Source: an uncultured Aquificales bacterium | GTDB lineage: Bacteria; Thermosulfidibacterota; Thermosulfidibacteria; Thermosulfidibacterales; Thermosulfidibacteraceae | Length of the DNA: 23,383 nt | Direction: 5' to 3' | NCBI GenBank assembly: GCA_964453345.1 | Contig: CAYVOC010000008.1 | Coordinates: 24,015 to 47,397 of the forward strand | In this document: piece after piece, positions 1 through 9,597 of the stretch | Layout: each line of letters opens with the position of its first letter | How positions within the stretch are numbered: position 1 is the first letter of the stretch | Notes under the pieces: generated by a model | Told to the model about the DNA's origin: nothing | Database searches by the model: none | Seen by the model: only the letters and a program-made list of their open reading frames with translations | Made by a program: the position numbers and the translations under genes

Positions 1-2
1 TC

Positions 3-638
3 TCAAGCCTTCGTATTCACGAAGAAGGTGAGGACCTCAAGCTCAACTCCCAGATCTATGTGCCTGACCACAATGCCCTTGGGAACGGTAAGCCTCACCG
101 GAGCAAAGTTGAGAATACCCTTGACTCCGGCCCTGACCAGGGCATCCGCCACCTTCTGAGCTTCAGAGAAGTGAACGGCTATTATGGCAAGCTTTATTCT
201 CTTTTTCTTTATAATCTCCTCCATCTCATCAGCGTGATAAAGCTCGCACCCTTCAGGGATGGCGTTTCTCCTCTCCTCGTCCAGCACCTTATCGAAGGCA
301 ACGCTGATCCTGAAGCCGTGGCGCTTGAAGCCCTGGTAAGACAGCAGGGCCTTTCCCAGATTACCCACGCCCACCAAGGCAACCTCCCAGACCCTGTCAA
401 GCCCCATTATACGCTTTATGTCTTCCTTCAGATCCTTCACATAGTAGCCCACTCCCCTGGTTCCAAACTCCCCGAAGTAGGCGAGGTCCTTCCTGATCTG
501 GGCAGGGTTTATACCGCATCTTTTGCCAAGCTCGGCGGAGGAAACCACCTCCACCCCTTCCTCCTCCAGCTCCGAAAGACAACGCAAATAGAGAGACAAC
601 CTTGAAATGGTAACCTCGGGTATCTTCAGCCTTCTCAT
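3..638 (-). CDS. rex: Redox-sensing transcriptional repressor Rex
   Basis: N-terminal wHTH with 'RLSLYLR' and '[19 protein letters not shown]', Rossmann 'VGVGNLG', C-terminal 'ILNFAP'; 211 aa. Confidence 0.97.
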   Translation of the reverse strand: MRRLKIPEVTISRLSLYLRCLSELEEEGVEVVSSAELGKRCGINPAQIRKDLAYFGEFGTRGVGYYVKDLKEDIKRIMGLDRVWEVALVGVGNLGKALLSYQGFKRHGFRISVAFDKVLDEERRNAIPEGCELYHADEMEEIIKKKRIKLAIIAVHFSEAQKVADALVRAGVKGILNFAPVRLTVPKGIVVRHIDLGVELEVLTFFVNTKA

Positions 639-655
639 GCTCCCACCACCTTCCT

Positions 656-685
656 ATTGTGTGCACATTCACAACTTTACATCAA
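656..685 (-). promoter_or_regulatory. Candidate sigma70 promoter of rex
   Basis: Minus strand TTGATG (685-680), 18 nt spacer, CACAAT (661-656); overlaps the Rex box and lies directly after the atpE terminator. Confidence 0.4.
657..674. promoter_or_regulatory. Rex operator (autoregulation of rex)
   Basis: TTGTGTG-CACA-TTCACAA matches the Rex consensus TTGTGAA-N4-TTCACAA at 12/14 positions, 18 nt upstream of the rex ATG. Confidence 0.85.
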
Positions 686-711
686 AAAAAGGGAGGGTTC
701 AACCCTCCCTT
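684..711 (-). terminator. Rho-independent terminator after atpE
   Basis: Perfect inverted repeat AAGGGAGGGTT-C-AACCCTCCCTT (689-711) running into a 7-U tract on the minus strand (A-run 684-690). Confidence 0.9.
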
Positions 712-732
712 GTAAAACTCCCAAAATCAGAA

Positions 733-1092
733 TTAGTGTCCGGCAACCAAGGCAACGGCCTTGAAGGGATCGGCGAACAGAACGATCAGGGCCACAACCA
801 GGGCATAAATGGTCAGGGCCTCGATCATGGCCAGACCGATGATCATGGCCACCTGGATCTTTCCGGCAGCCTCAGGATTCCTGGATATTCCCTCCATAGC
901 AGCCTTAACACTCAGTCCCTGACCGATACCGCAAAGACCGGCAGCGAAACCGAGTCCCCATCCCACAGCAAGAGCGGCAAACTTGAGGGTGTTGAAGGCG
1001 GCTATCTTAACATCGGCCTCAGCCGCCATGGCAGGAACTGCCAGAAGAACAGCTCCGAGGATCATCAGACCATACCTGAGATACCTCCTCAT
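733..1092 (-). CDS. atpE: F-type ATP synthase subunit c with N-terminal signal-peptide-like extension
   Basis: GxGxG helix, 'RNPE' loop, 'IEALTIY' ion-binding Glu; SD GGAGG upstream. Confidence 0.96.
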   Translation of the reverse strand: MRRYLRYGLMILGAVLLAVPAMAAEADVKIAAFNTLKFAALAVGWGLGFAAGLCGIGQGLSVKAAMEGISRNPEAAGKIQVAMIIGLAMIEALTIYALVVALIVLFADPFKAVALVAGH

Positions 1093-1114
1093 CTACAACC
1101 TCCTTTAAAAAGTA

Positions 1115-1780
1115 TTAGTGCTCCTCCGCCTCTTCAACGGCCAGCGCAATGTAAACTATGGAAAGCAGGGTATAAACCAGAGCCTGTATGGCCCCGAAGA
1201 AGATGGAGAGAAACATAAAGGGAACGGGCAGTATCAAGGGAACAAGGGTGAAGAGTATCAGAGCCAAGGTCTCCTCTCCCATTATGTTCCCAAAAAGACG
1301 CAAGGAAAGGGACAAAACCCTTGCAAAATGCCCTATTGTTTCAAGCACAAACATCACAGGCGCCATAAAGGGAACCGGCCCGCCAAAGTGCTTAAGGTAA
1401 TTGATAAGGCCGTGCTTCTTTATACCCCAATAGTGGTAATAGACGAAAACCACGATGGCAGGAGCGATGGTGGTGTTCCAGTTGCTGGTGGGCGAGATGA
1501 ACCCGGGGATGTTACCCATCCAGTTGGAAACCAGGATGAAAATGAAGAGCGTGGCGATCAAAGGCACATGGGGTCTGACATCTCCCGGTATAATGCTGTC
1601 CATAAAGTTATACATGCCCTCCACATAGGCCTCCAGAAGGTTCTGAACACCCCTGGGAACTACAGAAAGCCTCTTGGTGGCCAGGAGGGAAAGCACTATC
1701 AAAAACACGCACACATAAAAGGCCAGCACTATATGGAAAAACTTATGGGGAAGCGGATTCAGAACAAAAGGCTCATACAT
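1115..1780 (-). CDS. atpB: F-type ATP synthase subunit a
   Basis: 'PRGVQNLLE', 'SPTSNWN', '[10 protein letters not shown]' (essential Arg), '[10 protein letters not shown]'. Confidence 0.97.
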   Translation of the reverse strand: MYEPFVLNPLPHKFFHIVLAFYVCVFLIVLSLLATKRLSVVPRGVQNLLEAYVEGMYNFMDSIIPGDVRPHVPLIATLFIFILVSNWMGNIPGFISPTSNWNTTIAPAIVVFVYYHYWGIKKHGLINYLKHFGGPVPFMAPVMFVLETIGHFARVLSLSLRLFGNIMGEETLALILFTLVPLILPVPFMFLSIFFGAIQALVYTLLSIVYIALAVEEAEEH

Positions 1781-1790
1781 CCCCAGCCTC

Positions 1791-2147
1791 CTAAGTTTTC
1801 TTCAGTCTCAAAACTTCCGTAAATGGTATAACCATAATTAAGCTCAAACCGCAAACGGTTGCAACAGGATTTATCAACTTTTTGAAAAATAGCACAGCCA
1901 GAATAGTGCCGATAATCAAATATTTAAAGATCTGAACCATCCAGAAAAAAGACTGGGAGCGCAATTCCAGAAGCTCACCCGCCACAAGGCACAGAAGCAG
2001 AAAGTCACCGTAGGCCAAAAGAACCCCCACCGACATCCCAAAGAAGACATCCCACCTACCAAAGAGGGCGGATGCCGCAACCATCAAAAGTCCCAAAAGC
2101 CCGCCCTTAACCTGCATCCCCTTTATTATTTCCCTCTCCGCTCCCAT
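1791..2147 (-). CDS. atpI: ATP synthase protein I-like membrane protein (about 4 TM)
   Basis: 118-aa hydrophobic ORF directly upstream of atpB; size and position typical of AtpI. Confidence 0.75.
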   Translation of the reverse strand: MGAEREIIKGMQVKGGLLGLLMVAASALFGRWDVFFGMSVGVLLAYGDFLLLCLVAGELLELRSQSFFWMVQIFKYLIIGTILAVLFFKKLINPVATVCGLSLIMVIPFTEVLRLKKT

Positions 2148-2372
2148 AGAGCTTTCTAAAACTCCTTTTTATCTCCTTGTAGAGCAGTCTAAAGCCGGCC
2201 GCCACTCCCAGCGAAAAAAAACCAAAAGCCCCCAGGGATTGGTGTTAAAGTGCCTGTCAAACAGCAAACCCAAGCCCAGGCCTATAACCATGGATATGGC
2301 AAGCTCAAGTCCTAAGGCGCTCAACCTTATCAGCTCTTTTACTATCTCTGCTGATTCTCTATTAAGCCTCAC
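2107..2372 (-). pseudogene. atpZ: AtpZ/AtpI-family (ATPase gene 1) small membrane protein, apparently frameshifted at a T8 run
   Basis: 'LGLELAISMVIGLGLGLLFDRHFNTNPWGLLVFF' is the family signature; the expected continuation 'SLGVAAGFRLLYKEIKR...' is in another frame after the A8 run at 2214-2221. One extra T gives an 88-aa protein ending at 2107. May be a sequencing error. Confidence 0.75.
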
Positions 2373-2391
2373 GCCCCCCTCCGCCGGCTCT

Positions 2392-2421
2392 TACTTAACA
2401 ATTTCAAAAGAGCATAGTCAA
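2392..2421 (-). promoter_or_regulatory. Candidate atp operon promoter with degenerate Rex-like site
   Basis: Minus strand TTGACT (2421-2416) followed by a weak -10 region TGTTAAGT; TTTTGAA-ATTG-TTAAGTA (2409-2392) matches the Rex consensus 10/14. Confidence 0.3.
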
Positions 2422-2454
2422 CCAAGCCAAATTGCCTTTATGCAAAACCAGGTT

Positions 2455-3234
2455 TTAAGCTTCCTTCTCCTTCACAAGCCCCTTTAAAAGATCAATGGGA
2501 ACGGGGAACACCACCGTGCTTGAATTTTCGGCACTTATCTCAACAAGGGTCTGCAGATACCTCAGCTGCAGCGCCACAGGATGCCTGCCGATAATGTCCG
2601 CAGCCTCAGCCAGCTTCTGAGCCGCCTGGAACTCTCCCTCAGCAGCGATGATCTTCGCCCTCCTTTCCCTTTCAGCCTCGGCCTGCCTGGCCATGGCCCT
2701 CTGCATGTCGTGGGGCAGATCCACATGCTTTATCTCAACTGTGGTCACCTTTATGCCCCAGGGATCGGTATGCTCATCCAGAATGGACTGCAATCTTGAG
2801 TTTATCTTTTCACGGTGGCTCAGTATCTCGTCAAGCTCCACCTCTCCCAGCACAGACCTCAAGGTGGTCTGGGCGAGCTGACTTGTGGCGTAAAGGTAAT
2901 CCTCCACCTCAATAACCGCCTTCTCCGGAACCACAACCCTGAAGTATACAACCGCATTCACCTTGATGGAGACATTGTCCTTGGTGATGACATCCTGGGG
3001 AGGCACATCCATAACAACGGTCCTCAGGCTCACCTTCACCATCTTGTCTATAAAGGGAATTATGATGACCAACCCCGGCCCCTTGGTGGCATGATACCTC
3101 CCCAGCCTGAACACTATGCCCCTTTCGTATTCGCGAAGCACCTTGATGGCCGAAGCCAAGAAAAATATCAAAAATACAACAATTACCAGACCAAAATTGG
3201 CCAGAAGGCCAAACACAAGGCTCACGGGATCCAC
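2455..3234 (-). CDS. SPFH/band 7 stomatin-like (slipin) membrane protein
   Basis: N-terminal TM, '[10 protein letters not shown]', 'ITKDNV', '[11 protein letters not shown]', '[12 protein letters not shown]', '[10 protein letters not shown]'; SD GGAGGTG. Confidence 0.95.
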   Translation of the reverse strand: MDPVSLVFGLLANFGLVIVVFLIFFLASAIKVLREYERGIVFRLGRYHATKGPGLVIIIPFIDKMVKVSLRTVVMDVPPQDVITKDNVSIKVNAVVYFRVVVPEKAVIEVEDYLYATSQLAQTTLRSVLGEVELDEILSHREKINSRLQSILDEHTDPWGIKVTTVEIKHVDLPHDMQRAMARQAEAERERRAKIIAAEGEFQAAQKLAEAADIIGRHPVALQLRYLQTLVEISAENSSTVVFPVPIDLLKGLVKEKEA

Positions 3235-3245
3235 ATCTCACCTCC

Positions 3246-4520
3246 TCACAATTCCCTCAAGGCCCTGTCCATTGCCTCGAGGGTTTCATCTATATCCCCC
3301 TCCCCATGGGCCGCAGATACAAAGGCGGCTTCAAACTGGCTCGGCGCAAAGTAGACTCCATTTTTGAGCATGGCCCAGAAGAAGCGGGAGTAAAGATCCG
3401 TATCGCTCTTAACAGCATCGGCGTAGGTTCTAACCGGTCCCTCGGTGAAGAAGATGCAGCCCATGGACGCAATGCTGTTTATCCACACAGGGACTCCCTT
3501 GGCCTCGAAAAGCTTTTTGGCTTCATCCATCAAATACTTAGCCCTCTTTTCAAGCTCCGGATAGGGGTTATCCCTTTTTAGAATTTCCAAGGTTTTTAGT
3601 CCTGCTGCCATCGCCACAGGATTGCCCGAAAGGGTCCCCGCCTGATAGACCGGACCATCGGGAGCAACATGATCCATTATCTCGGCTCTGCCCCCGTAGG
3701 CCCCCACCGGGAACCCTCCGCCTATGATCTTACCAAGGCAGGTTATGTCAGGCTCAATACCAAAATAGGCCTGGGCACCGCCGTAGGATACCCTGAAGCC
3801 CGTTATAACCTCATCGAATATGAGCAAGGCCCCATACTCCCTCGTGAGCCTTCTCAGGCCCTCAAGAAAGTCCCTGTCGGGAAGTATCACACCGGCATTG
3901 CCCATGACCGGCTCAAGAATCACACAGGCTATATCCTCACCGTATTTCTCAAAGAGCGCCTTCACGCTGTCAAGATCGTTAAAGGAGGCTATAAGGGTAT
4001 GCTTGGCAAAATCCTCCGGAACCCCCGGGGTGCCGGGAATGCCAAAGGTGAGAACACCGGATCCCGCCTTAACCAGAAGGTAATCCACATGCCCGTGGTA
4101 ACACCCCTCAAACTTCACCACCTTGTTTCTGCCGGTGTATCCCCTTGCAAGGCGTATGGCGCTCATGGTGGCTTCCGTCCCTGAGTTGACGAATCTTACC
4201 TTCTCTATGGAGGGAACGGCCTCCACCACAGCCTCCGCCATGAGCACCTCAAGCTCACAGGGAATACCAAAGGAGGTGCCCTTCCGGGCCACCTCATCCA
4301 CAAAGGAGACCACCTCAGGATGGGCGTGGCCGAGGATCAGAGGTCCCCATGAGCAAACATAATCTATGTAACAGTTGCCGTCCACATCATAGATCCTGCA
4401 TCCCTCCCCCCTTTCAACAAAGAAGGGTTCTCCCCCAACCGATTTGAAAGCCCTCACGGGGCTGTTAACCCCACCGGGCAACACCCTCTTCGCCCTCTCA
4501 AAAAGCTCCCTGCTTCTCAT
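3246..4520 (-). CDS. hemL: Glutamate-1-semialdehyde 2,1-aminomutase
   Basis: '[11 protein letters not shown]', 'FVNSGTEA', 'DEVITGFR', PLP Lys in 'LGKIIGGG'; start moved to ATG 4520 (SD GGAGGAG, ATGA overlap with dgt stop). Confidence 0.97.
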   Translation of the reverse strand: MRSRELFERAKRVLPGGVNSPVRAFKSVGGEPFFVERGEGCRIYDVDGNCYIDYVCSWGPLILGHAHPEVVSFVDEVARKGTSFGIPCELEVLMAEAVVEAVPSIEKVRFVNSGTEATMSAIRLARGYTGRNKVVKFEGCYHGHVDYLLVKAGSGVLTFGIPGTPGVPEDFAKHTLIASFNDLDSVKALFEKYGEDIACVILEPVMGNAGVILPDRDFLEGLRRLTREYGALLIFDEVITGFRVSYGGAQAYFGIEPDITCLGKIIGGGFPVGAYGGRAEIMDHVAPDGPVYQAGTLSGNPVAMAAGLKTLEILKRDNPYPELEKRAKYLMDEAKKLFEAKGVPVWINSIASMGCIFFTEGPVRTYADAVKSDTDLYSRFFWAMLKNGVYFAPSQFEAAFVSAAHGEGDIDETLEAMDRALREL

Positions 4521-5551
4521 ATCTCCTCCACCCTCCAAGGTTTTGGTAAAAACAGACTTTTGTATAACTCTATGGCAAATCTATCCGTCATCCCCGAAAG
4601 ATAATCGAGGACCCTTCTTTCCGTTTCGTCCTCGGGCCTGCTCCACCCCCCTATCCTCTCAGGGTTTTCCATAAAGTAGTAAAACAGCTCCTTGAGCATC
4701 CTGTAGGCCTTGTCAAACTCCTTCCTTACAACAGGGGCCCTGTAAACCCTTCTATAGAGAAACTCCCTGAGCTTGTGCAGAAGCTGTAGAGCCTCTTCAG
4801 CCATGGCAACCCTTTCGTAATCGAGCCTTATAGTCTCTTCCACAACGGACCTCACCATGGCCTCTATCCTCTCCCCGTGGGTCGTGCCAAAATAGGCAAG
4901 GCAATCTCTGGGAATATCATCGATTTTGATCAGATTCGCCCTGAGGGCGTCGTCTATATCGTGGTTCACATAGGCTATCACATCAGCTATCCTGACCACC
5001 TCCGCCTCGAGGGTAAGGGGCCTTTCGGATCCCTCGGCTATTATGGGGCCAAGGCCCTTGGAATGCTTCAGTATCCCATCCCTCACCTCACAGGTAAGGT
5101 TGAGCCCCCTACCCTCCCTCTCAAGCAGATCCACCACCCTCAAGCTCTGTTTGGCGTGGTGGAAACCTGAAGAGGAAAGCTCATTAAGCACCTCCTCCCC
5201 GGCGTGGCCGAAGGGGGTGTGTCCCAAATCGTGCCCCAAGGCTATGGCCTCGGTCAGATCTTCATTAAGCCTCAGGGCCCTGGATATGGTTCTGGCGATC
5301 TGCGCCACCTCAAGGGTATGGGTGAGACGCGTTCTGTAATGATCCCCCACCGGGGCAAGAAAGACCTGGGTTTTGTGCTTGAGCCTCCTGAAGGACTTGG
5401 AGTGCAGGATTCTATCCCTGTCCCTCTGAAAACAGGTTCTTAAATCGCAATCCGGCTCTTCAAAAATCCTGCCCCTGCTCTCACAGCTTTTGGCAGCCTT
5501 AGGGTGAAGAAACCTCCTCTCCCACTCTTCAAGCCGGGACCTTACGGTCAT
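4517..5551 (-). CDS. dgt: dGTP triphosphohydrolase-like HD protein
   Basis: '[23 protein letters not shown]', '[10 protein letters not shown]', '[13 protein letters not shown]', 'DYLSGMTD'. Confidence 0.95.
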   Translation of the reverse strand: MTVRSRLEEWERRFLHPKAAKSCESRGRIFEEPDCDLRTCFQRDRDRILHSKSFRRLKHKTQVFLAPVGDHYRTRLTHTLEVAQIARTISRALRLNEDLTEAIALGHDLGHTPFGHAGEEVLNELSSSGFHHAKQSLRVVDLLEREGRGLNLTCEVRDGILKHSKGLGPIIAEGSERPLTLEAEVVRIADVIAYVNHDIDDALRANLIKIDDIPRDCLAYFGTTHGERIEAMVRSVVEETIRLDYERVAMAEEALQLLHKLREFLYRRVYRAPVVRKEFDKAYRMLKELFYYFMENPERIGGWSRPEDETERRVLDYLSGMTDRFAIELYKSLFLPKPWRVEEI

Positions 5552-5721
5552 TTTTTGGCATGCCTTATAAACTTCTCCCTCTCCTTGTCCTTTGAACCAG
5601 AGGTCTCCCTTATCCTGCTGATGAGATTCTTACGCTTCTGAATAAGCTGCTCGAGCCTGTCAAAGAGAAACTCAAGCTCCTCATCCACAAGGTGCAGCTC
5701 CTTCTCAAGCTCCTCCTTCAT
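5548..5721 (-). CDS. 57-aa charged coiled-coil small protein (not in the ORF track)
   Basis: Hand translation [66 protein letters not shown]; overlaps thpR stop and has an ATGA overlap with the dgt start. Confidence 0.8.
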   Translation of the reverse strand: MKEELEKELHLVDEELEFLFDRLEQLIQKRKNLISRIRETSGSKDKEREKFIRHAKK

Positions 5722-6283
5722 CCCTACCTCCCAGAAAAGCGCTTCCCAGAGGGGTATAAACAGCCCCCTCGGGTCGCAGTGTGCTCTTATACAAAACTAT
5801 CCTCTCAACCCTGATTCTTCCATAGGCAAGCCTATGGGAGCAAAATTTTATGATAAATCTTTTTTGCTCCGGACTCAACCGCTTCAACCTTCCCACAGTC
5901 ACATGGGGATGGAAGGGCTTCTTCTCCCTCTCGAAGCCCAGATACGCCATGGCCCTTTCAACCCTCTCAAACAGCTCCACTAAGCTCTCCGCTCCCTCCT
6001 CCACGCCGCACCATATAACCTTCGGATTTCTAAACCCCGGAAAGACGCCCCTTCCCTCTATGGAAGCATCAAAGGGCATCATACCTGAAACGGAAGCCCT
6101 CATACCATCAAGTATCGCCGAAACCTTTGATTCATTAACCTCCCCAAGAAACTTCAGGGTTATATGGTAGTTTTCCCACGCAGGATAGGAGGCCCTTATC
6201 CCTTCCCTCTTCAAAACCTCGGCATCCCCGTATATGGCCTCCTTAACCGGATCAGGCAGGGGAACAGCTATAAACAGCCTCAT
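5705..6283 (-). CDS. thpR: RNA 2',3'-cyclic phosphodiesterase (2H phosphoesterase, LigT)
   Basis: 'MRLFIAV', two HxT motifs 'HITL' and 'HVTV', 'LYKSTL...GAVY'. Confidence 0.95.
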   Translation of the reverse strand: MRLFIAVPLPDPVKEAIYGDAEVLKREGIRASYPAWENYHITLKFLGEVNESKVSAILDGMRASVSGMMPFDASIEGRGVFPGFRNPKVIWCGVEEGAESLVELFERVERAMAYLGFEREKKPFHPHVTVGRLKRLSPEQKRFIIKFCSHRLAYGRIRVERIVLYKSTLRPEGAVYTPLGSAFLGGRDEGGA

Positions 6284-7485
6284 AACTTCAGCAGAAACCT
6301 CCTCAAAACATCAAGGGCAGATTTTGCAAAGGCCCTCTTGTTGCCCACCCTATCGTAGCCGTAGAAGAACTCGAAGCTCTCAACGCCTTTCGGGTGAGCA
6401 AGCCCCACATACACCAGACCCACAGGTTTCTCAGGAGTGCCCCCTGTGGGACCCGCTATGCCCGTCGTGGCAAGGGCAAGATCGGTGTTCATAAGCCTCC
6501 TCACCCCTTCAGCCATCTGCCTTGCAACCTCATGGCTGTATACGGTGTGCTTCCTTATTACCTCCGGATCAACCCCCAAAACAGCCTCCTTAACCCGCTC
6601 CAGATAAGAGACAACCCCACCAGCAAAGTAGTCCGAGGATCCGGAAACATCGGTTATCATGCTCGCAAGAAGCCCTCCCGTGCAGGACTCCGCAACGGAG
6701 AGGGAAAGCCCCTTCTCCCTCAGGAGTCTGCCCACAACCACGGGCAGAGTCTCATCCCCCACACCGAAAAGATCCTCCCCAAAGGCGCTCTTAAGAATAC
6801 CCTCCACCCTCTCCTCAAGCTCCACAGGGCACTTGAGGTTGATCCAGACCTCCCCGGCATCTATCACGGTTCCCCAACGCAGGGGAAACGCCTTAAGAAG
6901 ATCCTTGAGCCTTGCATTCACCTCCGATTCCTTCAATCCGAACAGCTTGTAAACCTTCAACCTCACCCCATCCCCCTTAAGCCCCAATCTCTCCAGGGCA
7001 AGATCAAAGACCGCCTGAAACTCGGCTGGGGGAGCGGGGATCAGAACCACTGCCTTAGATCCCCGTTCAAGGATCTGTCCCGGCGCCAGCCCCACCGGGT
7101 TCTCCACCACCTTCGCCCCCTCAACAACCATGGCCATGCGCCTGTGCCCCTCTTTTACGGCAACCCCTCTTTGTCTGAGCCTCTCCTCTATGCCGGCCCA
7201 CAGCTCCTCATCAAAAACAAGATCCCTTCCGAGAGCCTTCGATACCGCCTCCCTCGTCACATCGTCCTCGGTGGGACCCAGGCCACCGGAAATCACGACC
7301 ACATCGCTAACATCCAGCATATAATCGAGAAGGGCGGCTATCATGGAGGGATCATCCCTAACCTCCGCCATCTCACAAAGACCGACCCCCAGAAGCTGAA
7401 GCCTCGCCTTGGCCCAGGAAGCGTTTGTGTTCTCTATCAACCCATCCACAAGCTCATCCCCCACGAAAAGCAGAGAAACCCTCAT
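6280..7485 (-). CDS. cinA: CinA family protein (MocF-like pyrophosphatase domain + PncC NMN deamidase)
   Basis: 'VGDELVDG..NTN', 'GGLGPTEDDVTRE', 'AESCTGG', 'TGIAGPTGG..KPVG'; start set at ATG 7485 (alternative 7503); the track's longer N-terminus overlaps nadM. Confidence 0.93.
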   Translation of the reverse strand: MRVSLLFVGDELVDGLIENTNASWAKARLQLLGVGLCEMAEVRDDPSMIAALLDYMLDVSDVVVISGGLGPTEDDVTREAVSKALGRDLVFDEELWAGIEERLRQRGVAVKEGHRRMAMVVEGAKVVENPVGLAPGQILERGSKAVVLIPAPPAEFQAVFDLALERLGLKGDGVRLKVYKLFGLKESEVNARLKDLLKAFPLRWGTVIDAGEVWINLKCPVELEERVEGILKSAFGEDLFGVGDETLPVVVGRLLREKGLSLSVAESCTGGLLASMITDVSGSSDYFAGGVVSYLERVKEAVLGVDPEVIRKHTVYSHEVARQMAEGVRRLMNTDLALATTGIAGPTGGTPEKPVGLVYVGLAHPKGVESFEFFYGYDRVGNKRAFAKSALDVLRRFLLKL

Positions 7486-7502
7486 GCTCACACAGCCCTC
7501 CA

Positions 7503-8033
7503 TCAATAGGACATGGGGTCCGACTCGCTCCTCACAAGGTAGCGGAGTCTCTCCACCCCGTTTATGCTCTTTATGATCCTTGCAACCGCCGGAGGAACAA
7601 GATCCTCCCAGGCCTCTCCCCTTATCATGCGATCCCTTATGGTGGTGGCGCAATACAGCTCCCTCTGGATCATCTTCAGGGGCACCACCTCAACCCCGGC
7701 CTCCTTCAAAAGTATCTGGGTCAAAGGATTACCCGTATAGGCCCTGTCAAAGGGCGGAAACAGAGACCTTATATGGGCATACCAGGCGGCGTTGTTCTCT
7801 ATGTTGGGATAGGCCAGTATATAGACCCTTGACAGATCAACCCCGGCTTCCCTTAAAGCCTCGTGGATCATCCAGATCCTCTCTCCGGCGGTAAAGGGGC
7901 TTTTCACATGATAGTTGAAGTTGGCTGATCCCACGGCGACTATGATCTCATCGTTTTCCGAAAGTATTCTTCTTACAACCTCAAGGTGCCCTTTGTGAAA
8001 GGGCTGGAATCTGCCCATGTAAAGGGCTCTCAT
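7503..8033 (-). CDS. nadM: Nicotinamide-nucleotide adenylyltransferase, archaeal NadM type
   Basis: '[10 protein letters not shown]', 'GSA', '[10 protein letters not shown]', 'TGNPL', 'WEDLVP'; standalone 176 aa without Nudix domain. Confidence 0.9.
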   Translation of the reverse strand: MRALYMGRFQPFHKGHLEVVRRILSENDEIIVAVGSANFNYHVKSPFTAGERIWMIHEALREAGVDLSRVYILAYPNIENNAAWYAHIRSLFPPFDRAYTGNPLTQILLKEAGVEVVPLKMIQRELYCATTIRDRMIRGEAWEDLVPPAVARIIKSINGVERLRYLVRSESDPMSY

Positions 8034-9025
8034 CGGACAATCACCCTCCCCTTTCCTCTAACAACGTAGCCTATTTCTGGATACGGGTAAAGATGTGCCC
8101 TATCTTCCGGTATGGCAACGAGCAATCCACCAGAGGTCTGAGGATCAAAAAGAATCATCTCAAGATCACCCACATCCCTTTCAAAAAGCACCCTCTCTCC
8201 GGCGTATTCTCTATTCCTGTATGTAGCAGCCGGAATAAGCCCAAGCTCCACATACTCAAAGGCCTCCTCTATAACGGGAACCCCATCAGCCTCTATAACA
8301 ATATCGTATTCACCGGAAGAGACCATCTCAAGGGCATGCCCCAGAAGTCCAAAGCCTGTAACATCCGTAGCCGCAACGGCACCAACCTCAATCATTTTGC
8401 GGGCCGCATCCCTGTTCAGGGACCTCATAACAGAAACGGCCCTGCCAACAGCCTCATCAGAAGCCATCTCCGCCTTCAGGGCGGTGATAATAGGCCCGCA
8501 TCCCAAGGGCTTGGTGAGAAAGAGGCGGGCTCCATCAACGAGGGTGCTGTTTCTGACCACCCCGTCAGGGCGAACCCTGCCCACAACGCAAAGACCGTAT
8601 TTCGGCTCCACATCGTCAACCGTGTGTCCCCCCACTAAGAAGGCACCGGCCTCCTTGACCTTGCTGGCCCCGCCCCTCAAGATACCCTCTGCAATCTCCA
8701 CCGGCTCACACGAGGGGAAACACAAAATATTCAGGGCAAACCACGGCTCACCCCCCATGGCGTAAACATCGCTCAGGGCGTTGGCCGCCGCTATCTCCCC
8801 GAACAGAACGGGATCATCAACCACGGGGGTTATAAAATCCACCGTGGCCACTATGGCCGTCTCATGGTCAACCTTAACAACCGCGGCATCCTCAAAGTTT
8901 TCAGATCCTGCAATCAGATCCTCAAAATCAAAGTCGGGTATTCCCGACAGGGCACGGGCCAGCTCCGCCGGCCCAAGCTTCGCCCCTCAGCCCGACGCCC
9001 TAACCATCTGGGTAAGTCTCTTCAT
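8030..9025 (-). CDS. selD: Selenide, water dikinase (selenophosphate synthetase), selenoprotein with Sec at codon 13
   Basis: Frame continues upstream of the track ORF: ATG 9025 [12 protein letters not shown]-[TGA 8989-8987]-GAKLGP...[18 protein letters not shown]; also '[13 protein letters not shown]', '[11 protein letters not shown]', 'DPQTSGGLL'; 331 aa. Confidence 0.95.
8950..8986 (-). promoter_or_regulatory. Bacterial SECIS element of selD
   Basis: mRNA after UGA reads GGGGCGAAGCUU-GGGCCGGC-GGA-GCUGGCCC-GUGCCCU: 8-bp stem (one GU pair), G-starting apical loop 20 nt after UGA, plus lower stem GGGGCG/UGCCCU. Confidence 0.8.
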
Positions 9026-9597
9026 CACACCCTCACAACCGAATCTGCTGTCAGCAGCGCCTCAACGGTATCATACATGTTGGTGATGCTCCCAACCTCC
9101 AGCTTGTCCTTCAGACCAAAATACTCAAGGCATGTGCCGCAGGAGCATATCTCAACCCCCATCTCCTCAAGTTCTTTGAGAACATCTATCACCTTTGACC
9201 CGGAGGTGGTCAGAAAAACGCCCCTGTTAACGAATATCAGCTTTCTGGGACGATGGGATGCCTCTTTAAGAGTTGCAAGAAAGGCCCTCATCAGCATCTG
9301 ACCAAGCTCCCTCTCCTCCCCCATGGAATCAGAAAGGATAAGGACAACCCTGTTGGTGGTATCCTCCGCAAAGGCGGGTTTGCAGGCATAACCTTTAACG
9401 ATAACGAGCCTGAAAAAGCCCCCCTCTTCCTTCACCTCAACGGTGCAGCCCTGCCTTTCGGCAAACCTCTTCACGTTCTCACGGGCAGCCACATTGTCCA
9501 CAAGAACCTCTATAACCCCCTCCTCAACCTTCTCCAAAGCCTGCTTCGTCATAAGAACAGGCTCGGGACACATCTTTCCCCTTGCGTCAACCAGCAT
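9025..9597 (-). CDS. yedF: Sulfurtransferase-like selenium metabolism protein YedF (TusA/SirA domain + DsrE-like domain)
   Basis: '[11 protein letters not shown]' TusA CPxP motif, 'LG..LM.AFL.TL', '[10 protein letters not shown]', 'ITNMY'; start at ATG 9597 with SD GGGAGGT. Confidence 0.88.
   Translation of the reverse strand: MLVDARGKMCPEPVLMTKQALEKVEEGVIEVLVDNVAARENVKRFAERQGCTVEVKEEGGFFRLVIVKGYACKPAFAEDTTNRVVLILSDSMGEERELGQMLMRAFLATLKEASHRPRKLIFVNRGVFLTTSGSKVIDVLKELEEMGVEICSCGTCLEYFGLKDKLEVGSITNMYDTVEALLTADSVVRV

Noticed and set aside
1791-2372. atpZ-atpI fusion after frameshift correction
   Set aside because: The corrected frame stops at 2107 and is not in frame with the atpI ATG at 2147
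6394-7509. 371-aa plus-strand ORF (also 60-605, 1118-1822, 11240-12058 and similar)
   Set aside because: Antisense shadows of well-supported genes, with H/P/L-rich composition and no recognisable motifs
7486-7653. His/Cys-rich N-terminal extension of CinA in the track
   Set aside because: Overlaps the nadM C-terminus in another frame; family homology begins at MRVSLL (7485)
8030-8851. selD as a truncated 273-aa gene or pseudogene
   Set aside because: Upstream frame is intact, the TGA sits at the catalytic position and a SECIS-like hairpin follows
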